From NCBI RefSeq assembly GCF_006345805.1, contig NW_021836000.1:1-64000 (forward strand): a stretch of 64,000 bases of DNA, given 5' to 3'. The DNA comes from Octopus sinensis (lineage: Eukaryota). Below, one piece after another: positions 14,680-26,091 of the stretch. How positions within the stretch are numbered: position 1 is the stretch's first letter; every line of letters begins with the position of its first letter. The notes beneath the pieces are model-generated. The model saw nothing but the letters and a program-made list of their open reading frames with translations. It searched no databases and was not told the DNA's origin. The translations under genes were made by a program, and so were the position numbers.

Positions 14680-16050
14680 GCTTATATTGCGCTAAGTTTT
14701 TTCGAAAGATTTATTTTCCCCTTGATCTAAATACATAAGTTACTACCCGACAACTTTTTCGATTCTTAAAAACATATCATTATAAGCGGCTGAGATATCA
14801 AATGAAATCTCATTCTTATAGAAAATAACAAAATCGTCTTCGATTAAGATATTAATATCTTCGACTCCTTCAGTCTGATTAAATCTCACGACTTCCTATA
14901 CCATAGTAATACACAGAAGAAAACCATATATCTTTTTTGAATATCTTCTACTTGTTCAGGATCCTAAAATTATAGTCAAATCAAATCACACAATTGAAAG
15001 TCTATTTGCAACAATATACAAAGGAGCACTGACATACAAATGTGACATGCTAAAAATATAAGAAACAATACAAACTTTTTTAAAATAAAAAATTGAATAA
15101 ATTCTTTATTCATAATACGGAAGTTATCCATGTGGCTCACACTAAATACTCCTTTCTGGTTTATTGAAGAGACAAAAGGACATGCTGATTGATAAACACT
15201 TTCAATTGATTGCTGACTACAAATATAAAAGAATAATACAACCCTTCAACCAGTTGGTAATACGTATCGCGTATCGAATTAGGAATATCTGGAGTTAAAA
15301 TTAGAGACGACGGCCAAATATAGTAACAAATGGCAACTAAAGCTGACATTTTTAACCGTAGCTGTTTTATCTATTTTTATTATTACAAGAAATAAACAGC
15401 TTTTCCATAACCAGGATTGGTTTCATTCGTTGTTGTAATCGATGCAAGTCCCAAAATTAAACAATCACGAGCCCTTGTGACATTTGGTCAAAGATAAAAC
15501 AACTGAAAGCAAAAAAACCTTACATAACCCCTTTTGACAAGTTCTACATAAGAACAAAAGTAAAACAAAATCCAATGAACAAGACAAATCCATCCTACAA
15601 ATAAGCAAGACTAATACTCTGAAAACATCCATATTGGATATAAAGAAGCAAGCCCTTCTCCTATTCCCAGCAATGCAATTTAGCCTAGCAGAAACAATAA
15701 GAGAAAAGTAAGCAAGATAGACAGGTACTGCAGGCAGTGAAAATAACTTAACTAAAAATGTTAAAAACAATAATAACCTCGCTGATTCTCATAATCTTTG
15801 ATGTATTTGTTTATTGAGACAGTTACGTCACAGAAATACAATCGAATACAAGATTCAAGTCCCAGAGATTTTCGACTCCTGGAGTTCATTGCCGTTAATT
15901 TCAAACTAGAATACATACGTTATAAGAATATATACCCCCAAAGCAAGACTACTAAGTAGCTCAAATAAATAAAGCTCACTAAATGGAGTTGTGTTAGTAA
16001 TCCGCGTTTCCTTAGAAGTTCGAGATAAATTTCGATCAATCGGATATTTT
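14680..16050 (-). pseudogene. Unassigned multi-exon hydrophobic-protein gene or pseudogene
   Basis: Short coding-like segments separated by GT-AG mini-intron-like stretches, with in-frame stops; no family recognised. Confidence 0.3.
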
Positions 16051-16939
16051 TTAACTAAATGTAAAATATTTAAAAAATTTTAATTTTGTAATAAAATAAA
16101 AGGAGAAAAAACTTTAGTGATAAAGCTACCATGGAAAAATCTAATTGAGAATAAATATTAAAGCAGTATTTCATATTACCGAGTAATCGAATCAGTTTTT
16201 TTAGATTTGTCATAAAATCCGAAGCCACTTCCTTGCATGTTTGATCATTCTATCATAATGAATCAACAAATGATACAGGACTACGAAAATACCAGTCATA
16301 TATACGATAGTGGTTGTAAATGGCAGCTTGTATTGAATTTTCTGGAATTATTTTGGCCATTGACAGTTCTTGTAAAGTGGGCCAAGGAGTGTCAGGGAAA
16401 TTCTGAGGCGTTAATTCATTAAAGCTAAAAAATATTATGTTTTTAAAGTATTTACTCGTTTAAAAATTTATTAATGGTATTATTTTTAATATGATCGCCC
16501 AAGGAGGATAATAAATTAATCACAGGCTCCAATTCTTTATTCTTAATAGCCGTCATAACAGAAATAAGTCAACACGTTATAATAAATTTTATTTAATTAT
16601 TAATATCAAACATAATAAAATAATAAATTTAATAGAATTATTTTTTTCTACGTCAAACTGGAACAGGATTTTTTTACCTGTAAGATGAAATTTAATTGGA
16701 AAATTTCCTTTATTTGGAGATTTATGATTGTTATTTTTGGTTAGAATTTTATCAAACAGAAAAATCAAATTTAAAAATTTTAGTTTAAATGCAAATGTAA
16801 TTTTTCTTATGTATAACTTTAATTTGAGAGTCTTAATAATTGAAAAAATACAGCAAGATTTCAACCGTACAAAGAACAATTTGCAAATCCCAAACCTTTG
16901 AACTGATAATAAAAAACGAAAAATGGAAATTATCTATAC

Positions 16940-18199
16940 CAGTGGTTCTCAACCTGGGGTCCGCGGACCCCTTAGGGGTCCGCGAAAGATTCTAGGGGGT
17001 CCGCGAGATTTTTCTGAAACTTTATTCAAATGTTTATATTTAATGACAACAATTTTAAATTAATATATAATAGAATTAAATCATAATTAATAATATCTCT
17101 TTTAGATATATTATAAATTAATATATTTTAATATTCAATAATACTGAGGGGGCTAAATAAATTAATATATTTTAATATTCAATAATACTGAGGAGGCTAA
17201 ATTACTTTAAAGCTGAATGTAACTCAATTATTTATAAAAATCGTATATATATTTATTTTTTAGTAAAAGTTAATAAAATTTTTAAGCACGCTATTGATAT
17301 GAATTCCTCGAATGTTATTAAGATACGCAAATATAATCCTGATTATATAAAATATGGGTTTATTTGTATTGATAAAGATGGATTTGAAAGCCCAAAATTT
17401 GTTGTGTGCATGAAAATTCTGTCACACAATAGCATGAAACCAACAACTCGTGTGAGACCACTTGCGCACTGTCATCCCTATATAATCCACAAAAATAAGG
17501 ATTATTTATTTCTTGCGTAAAACGATGAAAAATCAAGTATTGAATCGTTTCATACAAACTTTGCCTTCTGATAATTCCATGCTATTAGCATCTTACATGA
17601 TCTCATTACGTATAGCGAAAGAAAAGAAACCTCATAATATTGCCGAAAAACTTATTCTTCCTTGTTGTAAAGACATAGTACGTACTCTTAATGGCACTCA
17701 TGCTGAAAATATGATTTCGGAAATACCATTATCGAATGATACTGTTCATCGACGAATTTCTGAAATGTCAGAAAATATTAAGTGCCATGTTATTGATATT
17801 ATATTATTTATTTTAACAGGTGGTAGAACAAATAAAAACTTCATGCCATCAAAATTTTGCTATACAAGTTGATGAATCCACCGATGTAGCAAACTGTGCT
17901 CAATTAATAATATTTGCTTCTCAGCACTTCTCAATATAAAAAATAATCATCGCGCAAGACTGAATATTGAAGATGACATCAGGGTTTGCTTATCGACAAC
18001 CGAGCCTCTTATTGAAAAAATTGCCTCGAAAAAACAATATCAACCTTCTCACTAATTTTCTCTATTGATTTAATAATAAATGTTGTTTTTAGATAAGTAA
18101 AATTTTTTTGACAAAAAACTTAATAAATATGTATGGGGTCCGCGAAATTTTTCATTTACTCACAAGGGGTCCGCGGACAAAAAAGGTTGAGAACCACTG
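16940..18199 (+). mobile_element. Internally deleted hAT (Buster/ZBED5-like) DNA transposon
   Basis: TIR CAGTGGTTCTCAACC / GGTTGAGAACCACTG, GGGGTCCGCG subterminal repeats, RKYNPDYIKYGF, IAKEKKPHNIAEKLILP, IPLSNDTVHRRI, QVDESTD and a C-terminal dimerisation remnant. Confidence 0.9.
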
Positions 18200-18336
18200 G
18201 TTTATAGCTAATTTATCATTAAAGAATTGAAGGCTGTTTTTTCTTTAAAAGAACATCAAAATTCTTTATTTTGCAATGAGTTACAAGGTAAACAAGAAAT
18301 ATAATTTTTAAGACAAATACAACTTACTGAATACTA

Positions 18337-18723
18337 ATATAATCAGGATTATATTTGCGTATCTTAATAACATTCGAGGAATTCATATCAATAGCGTGCT
18401 TAAAAATTTTATTAACTTTTACTAAAAAATAAATATATATACGATTTTTATAAATAATTGAGTTACATTCAGCTTTAAAGTAATTTAGCCTCCTCAGTAT
18501 TATTGAATATTAAATATATTAATTTATTTAGCCCCCTCAGTATTATTGAATATTAAAATATTAATTTATAATATATCTAAAAGAGATATTATTAATTATG
18601 ATTTAATTCTATTATATATTAATTTAAAATTGTTGTCATTAAATATAAACATTTGAATAAAGTTTCAGAAAAATCTCGCGGACCCCCTAGAATCTTTCGC
18701 GGACCCCAGGTTGAGAACCACTG
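18337..18723 (-). mobile_element. Inverted near-identical copy of the left ~400 bp of the same hAT element
   Basis: Reverse complement of 16940-17347, ending in TIR GGTTGAGAACCACTG at 18723. Confidence 0.9.
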
Positions 18724-19085
18724 CTATAAACGTTTATTAAGAGATTCGTTCAAAAGTGAAACATTTTTTAGTTCTTCTTCATTAGTTTTTAGCTGTTCTT
18801 TCAAAATATAATTAGATTTTAATTGAAGGTTAAAATTCTATAGTATTAAATTTCTATAAAAAAACATTAAAGAAATCCTCAATTTCTGATATAATATTTA
18901 CAAGATCACTGTTGTCCTGAATCATTTTTGTCACCACAGTATTTTTTACAACTTATAAATAAATTTATCTTTTACTTTTATTTAATTGATTTTTTTAAAA
19001 TTTAAATTTTTTCTGAGTAGATATATCTGGGAGAAAAATATTTTAGTAGAATTATTATTTACCAAGACTTTAAATGATGACATCC

Positions 19086-22000
19086 TTTTTTTTTTTTTTT
19101 TAAATAAAATTTCAATATTTTCATTATTAATAATGTCAGTTAATAAATTCAGAGAAGAGATTGATTTGAGATTGATTTGAGAAATCAATTGAGGAAGCCC
19201 GCTGCCTGTATGGAAAGCGAGTTCCCTCGGAGTATGGCTATTCCGATCCTTTGTCTTAGCCATACTCCTTCACGAGGATCATTTTTCTTTGTGGCGAGCA
19301 TTCTTCCGAGTTCGCGCAAGAACTCGGCAGTCGCTGGGCCAACAGCTCCTGATGACTCAGCCGCAACAGGGGTGAATCTGTAGCGGTCCCCGAGGAAGGA
19401 ATATTTTTTGGTTTTAAGGTTTTCCGCGATTGAGGCAGCTGCTCCAGGTGTCTGAACCGATTTAAGGAGATTCGTGCTTGAGTAAGTATCGACGCAAGTT
19501 GCGTCCCAGACCAAAGATCGTCCGGAGTTGAAAGGGAAAAGAGTCATCCCGTCAGGTCTCTTTCCATCACCTCGATCGAGACCCACTGGTTCAAGCTGTG
19601 CTGGGAAGCCTGCAGCCTTCAGAGCTCTGACGATCACGTCGTTCAGAGCGGCGTGACGTGGTCCTCTTCCGGCGGATCTCCTGCAGGATAGCGGGTGCAA
19701 TCCCTTCGCATCGACCGTTTTCCCGCAGCGGCATCGGTGCTCCTGGCAAACGTCTAGTCCAAGTCTTTGTCCGATTCCAATCCTCAAAGAATCGTCGTCC
19801 AAAAAAGTCCCGAGATTTGGGCAAGGGATTGCACCAAGCCATGCTCCGCTCCCTCCACTTGAGGCTGACACCAGGCAAGCAAGGCGATGTTGATTTGCTT
19901 CTTTTTTAAGCCCTTCTGAAATTTTGGAGCAGACAATGTTATCCCAGTTCCTTTGTTTCGTTGTGTCTTCGGGGATTTTGAGTCCTGACCCGTTCCAATC
20001 CCGGCAAGCTTCATCAAATGACTCATTCCAGCGAAGTCCAATAGTGTGACGAAGGACTTGCCGTGTCAAATGGTTGCAGCTTGAGAGAGACGAAAGATAT
20101 GCCGGGTACGCGACCTCCAGCGCCGATCTTAGACCGACACCCCCAAATCCAGAGGGAAGCTTACATTGCTTCCAACCGAGTTCGTCGAAGCGGACGTTGA
20201 TTAGTGACTCAACAGTTTGTTTGAGAGATTTGTCTATCGAAAGTAGACTGTCGTAATGTTCGTGGCAGGGTGAACTTCGCAGTAGGTATAAAAGCTTGGG
20301 TAGTCCGATGTTGTTTCTCATCAGGAAGAAGGATGTGTGAGAGTCGAGGCATGACAATCTTTTTGCGAGGCGAGACAATTCTTCATTTTTAGAAAGTAGA
20401 TGGTTCCTGAGTTCGTCTTCACTGAGTGGACATCCAAGGAAATATAGTTTATCAACTGGCACAGTCGGGATCCCGGGAAGCAGTTCGTTGAAAAACTCCT
20501 TGATAGAGAGAAAGTCGGTGTTTGAGTATGAGACATTTATTAACTCTGATTTGTTAATATTGATGTCCAATCCCAAGTGTTTTAATGCGGGAAGTGCTTG
20601 ACGTAAAGAATTGTATGTTTCCTCGAATGATCCTCCAATTGTGGCATCGTCGAGATACCAGAGATTTAGTTGTGCGTCAATTGATCTCACAACATCATCA
20701 ATTGTCAGGGCAAATAAGAGGGGTCCGAGCGGATCTCCCTGCTGGACACCAGTTTTTGATTTGATGATTTCATCATCAAAAACCAGAGACGTATCTTCTC
20801 CGTATGACAATTTAACAAGAGGGAAAAGCATGGGAGCCCTCTTCCAACACGTTTCCATAATGGAGTCTCTTCTGAGAGAATTGAATGCATTGGTTATGTC
20901 CAATTTGATTCCAATGCATTCGTTTGCAGTATTCTTCTGTGTGAAGAAACGCCTTGCGCATGAACCGCTGCCTCACATCCGTTCTGGATACTAACACCCA
21001 TTTGTTCTGGGAAGAACTCCGCACCGAGTGGGCGGCTCACGAGGGTCGAAGCAATCTTCGCTGCGAGTCTTCTGAAATAGTTTCCGACCGCAATGGGGCG
21101 GATTCCTCCGTTGGGTTTTTTGAACGCGAGTAGCCTTGCGGAGAAGAGCAATTCTCTGGCGTACTCCGGGATGTCGCCATTCACCATTTTCCTTATTAGG
21201 TCCGTGATCGATTTAACAAGACAGCGTCCTGCTTCCGAGGTGTAAGTGGACGTTAGGTCCTTGATATGGCCGGGGCGTAACCCATCCAAGCCTCCGCTGC
21301 TGCTAGCGGCAAAGGAAGCGATTCCGTGCCGCACTTCTGATTCGGTAATCATAATCTCTTGGGTTCCTTCAGGATTCGAGAACTTTACATAATCACTCGG
21401 TGCACTTGGGTGCTTCTGAATTAAGGTATTCAGGACCTCGGGGGTGCTAGACAGCACGGTGTCATCGGACGTGATAACCCGTAGGGCTGCCCGCACATCG
21501 CCCTCCAGAAGTTTCCGATTCACTCGCTCCTTCAGTTTGTTGGGGGCATCTTTGGTGAATGCTCCTCTGGTTTTGACCGCATTGGCAATAAGTGGCTGTT
21601 CAAGTATTGCGTGTATGCTATGACTGCCGAAATTCAATATTCTTCCTTTCAGTTTCCCGGTTAAGTTTAGCCGGGGTTTGTTTCTTTACTCTGGTTATCA
21701 GATTCCGTTGTAGGTGTTCCGAGTGCAACAGGTGCGAAGCATATAAGTTTTAGCCAGGATTCCCAGCTGTCAGAGGACAGTGCGTTGTCAATGAGGTCTG
21801 AAGGCACGTTGCTGCGGCAATACGTGCTCCTTTTGGGATTTTTACTGGGATTTTCCTGGCTTTCCGGAGGTTCGAGATCTTCAAGAGAATGTGGTCAGTA
21901 TGTGGTGATGTAAAGTTTGGCTGAGCTGTTGTTTCCCGCCTGGGGACCTCGTTTCCAATACAAGGGGGGCACTGCCAGCTTGACAGCGTCTCGGCGCAGG

Positions 22001-22220
22001 CTTTGCTCATTTTTATGCAGCCCAAATGGGCGAATGATTCACATGGCGTGCAGTTAATTCCAAATTTCCTGATATTCGACTGCCCACAAAGAGACATGCC
22101 CGAGTTGTCCTCAGTGGCTTTGTTCCTCGTACTTCGTCTTCGCTTCGTTCTTTATTTACCATCTGAGGTTTCCGTTATCACACCACAGCACACCTCAGAA
22201 TTCAGCCTCAGATTCAGCTT
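19086..22220 (-). mobile_element. Near full-length CRE-clade non-LTR retrotransposon (PHD finger, RT, CCHC, restriction-like endonuclease), frameshifted
   Basis: N-terminal PHD-like Cys/His pattern (INCTPCESFAHLGC...WQCPPC). RT motifs IRPIAVG, DITNAFNS, GVQQGDPLGPLLF, WYLDD. CRCG...HPLSC, RH, RPDG...VWDAT. Poly(A) tail seen as poly-T at 19086-19101. Confidence 0.92.
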
Positions 22221-22226
22221 ATATTC

Positions 22227-23137
22227 TGTCCGAGCCTAGGATGTTACCGAGCCTAGGTCGTTACACTTATGGACTTAAAAAAAATTCAAAAAATATTTGA
22301 ATTCAATTTCAAAATCGACTTTGTCAAAATAAATATTATAAAATGACAATACTTAAAATGGAATTGGATGCCAATATTTTCGATGATAAAATTTAAAATT
22401 AATGCCAACTAGTCTGTGCTTTAAAATCGATTTCCTAACTAAAAATATATTTTAATTTATGAATTGCTATTTTGTTCAAATAAGAAAAATTCAAAATGCT
22501 TCAAATAAAAAAAATACGCAGAAAATGTTATTTTATTCGAAAATTTTGTCTATTTGAATGTTCGGCTATAATGTTTCTCTGCTAATTAGGATTTAAATTT
22601 TTTTATTAACAAAACAATCAAGACAAATTATGTTATTTAAATTTTTTAATTCTTTTCATAAGCGTCTTCTTAGTAGTTCCATCGTCCATTTCAACTCTGA
22701 CCATATTATGCGGGAGGTTTTCACTTATTGTACAAACTTCTCCGTATGGACTTTCGAATTTCTTGAGTGCAAGTGAAGGATTGGTACCATAGTCCTTTTG
22801 AATCCTTATCTACAATTTAGAATAATTTGAGTTTACCTTATCTCCAATTTTAAATGAATGTTTTGACTGATGAACACCCATGAACACGCAATCGATACCA
22901 TCCATATCTCTTACAAAAGAACGCGACATAAGTAACACAGAAGAAACACGCCTTTATATATATATTACAATTACAGATGTATGGTTATCCGGATATTTTT
23001 GTTTCAATATTTAATAGATTAATTTTAAATATTAAGAATAATTTTATTAGGATTAGGGATAAATTAATTTTTAATCTTTATAGAAAAATAAGCGAAATGT
23101 CACGACCTAGGCTCGGTAACAACCTAGGCTCGTGACA
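22227..23137 (-). mobile_element. Non-autonomous Ginger2/TDD-like TIR element (TGT...ACA) with 5-bp TSD
   Basis: ~35-bp TIRs with internal GAGCCTAGG repeats; TSD TATTC at 22222-22226 and 23138-23142. Retains an integrase C-terminal remnant (SFKIGDK|IRIQKDY...MVRVEMDDG...RIKKFK) with a 27-nt intron at 22810-22836. Confidence 0.85.
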
Positions 23138-23680
23138 TATTCTGACCCTAATACTTATTTTATTAAATATAACACTTTTTTACTATTTGATTTATTTTCA
23201 TTTTTTTTTGTTTGGAGATGTGAGTAATTTTGTTATATTTTGTCTATGCCGAGTACAAATAGAGTGATATCTCGTCCAATTTTTCTGAACCATTACGCAC
23301 GATAGCGTAAGATATGACACCATCGTTGTATCTATTAAAAAAGACAACATTTGAGTTTATTTGTTTAAAAGCTCAATATTTTTGTGAATGGATAACATAA
23401 ACAAAAATTGTTTTAAACTGCTGCGTATAAGATGGATGACCTGGCAGTTACCTCGGACGATCGCCAACGAGACTCTTGGAAAAAGATGGAAAGTCTTGTT
23501 GGATTCTTGTTTACCCTTGCAATCTTTGTCCTCAGCCGACGAAGGAAAGAAAAGTTTAGTCTTAATTTGTACATGGTTATATTTTTTGACCTTGTAGACG
23601 TCAAAATAAAAGCTCTTAATTATCACAACATTATTTTTATGCAACAATTATAAATTCTAACTATGCCTTGTACTGATTTA

Positions 23681-23929
23681 CAGGGTATTTCATTAATATA
23701 TCCTCTAATTTCATAAATATCCTCTGATTTCATAAATAAATCTTCTTATTCCATAAATATATCCTCTTATTTCATAAATATATCCTCTTATTCCATAAAT
23801 ATATCGTGTAATTTCATCAATATATCCTCTTTTGATGAAATTACACGATATATTATGGAATAAGAGGATATTTTATGAAATAAGAGGATATATTTATGAA
23901 ATTAGAGGATATATTAATGAAATACCCTG
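23681..23929. mobile_element. Foldback MITE: long inverted arms built of ~22-bp tandem units, TA-flanked
   Basis: CAGGGTATTTCATTAATATATCC...GGATATATTAATGAAATACCCTG; internal ATATATCCTCTTATTTCATAA-type repeats invert at about 23830. Confidence 0.85.
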
Positions 23930-23989
23930 TAAATTAGTCTTTGTTCATTTACTTAAATAATTTAAAAAATTTATTTTTTAATTGATAAA

Positions 23990-24480
23990 CCTAAATATAT
24001 TGCAAAATTTTTAACGTGGATTTGTTTCTTGTAATGGGTTCTTATAGGGTATGTCAAAGATTTTCCAGAGTATTGAATTTTAGTATCTCAAATCTGACGA
24101 TCCAAAGCTCGTCATTAATTTGGACAACGAAACCGAGATGGAGTATTTAGCTAAATCTCTATATGAATATTCACATCGAGGAGTAAACAAGATTGAGTAT
24201 GTGTGTCGACAAAGAAACTTCATTGCCAAAAATGACATAATCAGAAAAGTCATTCGAAATTGTGAAGTATGTAAATTTTCCTGACCATTGTAAGTTTTAA
24301 TTCTTTTTAATTTTTAATGTAGGTTGGTGATATGAATCATCATATTTTTGCTTCTTTTCCGAATGAAAGGTTTCAGCTAGATCTTGTAGATCTAAATGGG
24401 TTTTAACAGTCATCGATGTTTAAGTAAGCTTTTAAACAATTTATTCAGATTTTCATTTGGAAATGACGACTAACACGCTA
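23990..24480 (+). mobile_element. Degenerate copy of the HHCC-integrase (Ginger-like) gene
   Basis: Clear homology to 45200-45600 (LDNETEME..AKSL...SHRGVNKIEY...IRNCEVCK; ERFQLDLVDL), with intron-like segments at equivalent positions. Confidence 0.7.
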
Positions 24481-24679
24481 CGTAATGAAGATTTTATTAA
24501 TTATATCCTGAGTACTAAACTTTTTTTAGCTCAAGGACTTAAATCGATAATTAAAAGTTCATTTAATGACCACACAAAAAATTATTTATGTTGTTAAATA
24601 AAAGAAAGAGTGACAAAAATAAGGCTTTATTTGGTTTGGAGTTTTATTTTGTAGTAACAGGGAGTGAATTCGAAAACAA

Positions 24680-25050
24680 TGTACTTAAAAGTTGAATCAG
24701 ATGTTCATCTTTTAATTGATTTCGATACTTTGTTTTTAATCGCGTAAGTTTGTTGAAAAGAGCTACACAAGCATATGTTGATCAAATATTCATGCATTTT
24801 TTGTGCATTACCAAACAAGTTCTGATATTTCTATTTTAAATTCAAATCAAAAATCCAGAAGCTCATTTGACTTAAATATCGCGGAAAGTTGTAAATCTGA
24901 CTGGATTTTAATTATCTCCAGTTGATATACGGATTGAACAGTTGCAGTGTCTGTTCCCATAAGTGATGAAAATTTTTTCATAATGGGTAGAGATGTTTAA
25001 AATCGTCAAAACGTCTTCGAATTCCTTAATTAATGTACCAATAACAGATT
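24680..25050 (-). mobile_element. hAT C-terminal dimerisation-domain relic
   Basis: STYAC...F.KL..IK.KYRNQLKDEHL..LL pattern. Confidence 0.55.
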
Positions 25051-25234
25051 TTTTAATAATGTTAAGAAGGCCGTCTTTGAGAATCATCGAATGAAATAAT
25101 TAATTAACATAATAATTAAATATGTCTATTTCAATGTAGCAACAAAATCAAATGTCAAATTTAATTTAAAAGATAAAGGATTTACATACAACTTCAGTAG
25201 AATTTCAAAGGAATTTCCATGGAATGGTTTATAG

Positions 25235-25660
25235 CAGCGTTTCCCAGAGTTGGTGCCGCGGGCAAGTACTAGGGGTGGCGCGAAAAATTATTTTATTATT
25301 TAAGTAATTTTATTTAAACAAAATAAATAGATTCTAAACAAATAACGGCCGTGTCGATATCTATAGTTTTATCGTTATTTTTTTATAATTTTTTGAAAAA
25401 ATTGGGCATTTTTACATGTTCTAATAAGATAATGATTTTTTTGATGATCATTTCGAAAAGATTGACTTAATTTCGTTTTCGAATATCACGAATAGCAGGA
25501 AAATACTTTATATAGATTCTCTGACAAATCTGCCAAAATCTTGAAAAATTTTTGAACAAATATTTATTTAAAACATTATTTAGAGGTGTCGAGGATAAAG
25601 TCAACATTTTTAGGGGTATCGTTTATATACCTTGGGAAAGAAAGAGTTTCGGAAACCCTG
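25235..25660. mobile_element. hAT-type MITE
   Basis: Imperfect TIR CAGCGTTTCCCA / CGGAAACCCTG, GGGGT-containing subterminal motifs, degenerate 8-bp flanks GTTTATAG / GCCCATAG. Confidence 0.55.
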
Positions 25661-25756
25661 GCCCATAGCCTAATCGAAACTATTATAAAATGTTTATATC
25701 GCCAAACAAAATTAAAATTTGACACACAGTGGGGGAGTGGGAAGCTCCAGATGCGA

Positions 25757-26088
25757 ATCTAAGCTTTGAAACAATAGTTAGGGACCTCTCCATTATAGGA
25801 TCCAGTTAGCAGAAAAAATAGTGAAGAGTAGGAACAAGACATTGTACTAATTGAGTCACACTGGCCTGATAAATCGTAGACAAAAAGCTTAAAAAATACT
25901 CTTTCAAGTTTTATTGCGTTGAGAGCTCGAGTGTATTTCTAGCCATTTCAAATGGGTGTTGTTTGGAATCATAGCAACGGTGGACTAGTAAAAGTGAGAT
26001 GGGGGTATACTTTTTTGGATTTCTTTCTTTTTTTCACGTTTAAATACCTTGGGGTTTCTTTTACAAAAATATAAAATAAATTTTTTGT
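25757..26088 (+). repeat. Dispersed repeat, copy A (decayed 3' end of an unknown multicopy gene or element)
   Basis: Colinear homology with 31884-32318; both end at CAAAAATATAAAATAAATTTTTTGT. Confidence 0.8.
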
Positions 26089-26091
26089 CAA

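Noticed and set aside
19185-21637. Retron, group II intron or defence-associated RT
   Set aside because: Domain order (RT, CCHC, PD..D endonuclease), the poly(A) tail and 5'-truncated copies with TSDs define a CRE non-LTR retrotransposon.
23690-23925. CRISPR-like array
   Set aside because: The units are contiguous with no unique spacers, invert mid-way and are bounded by TIRs. The context is eukaryotic and there are no cas genes.
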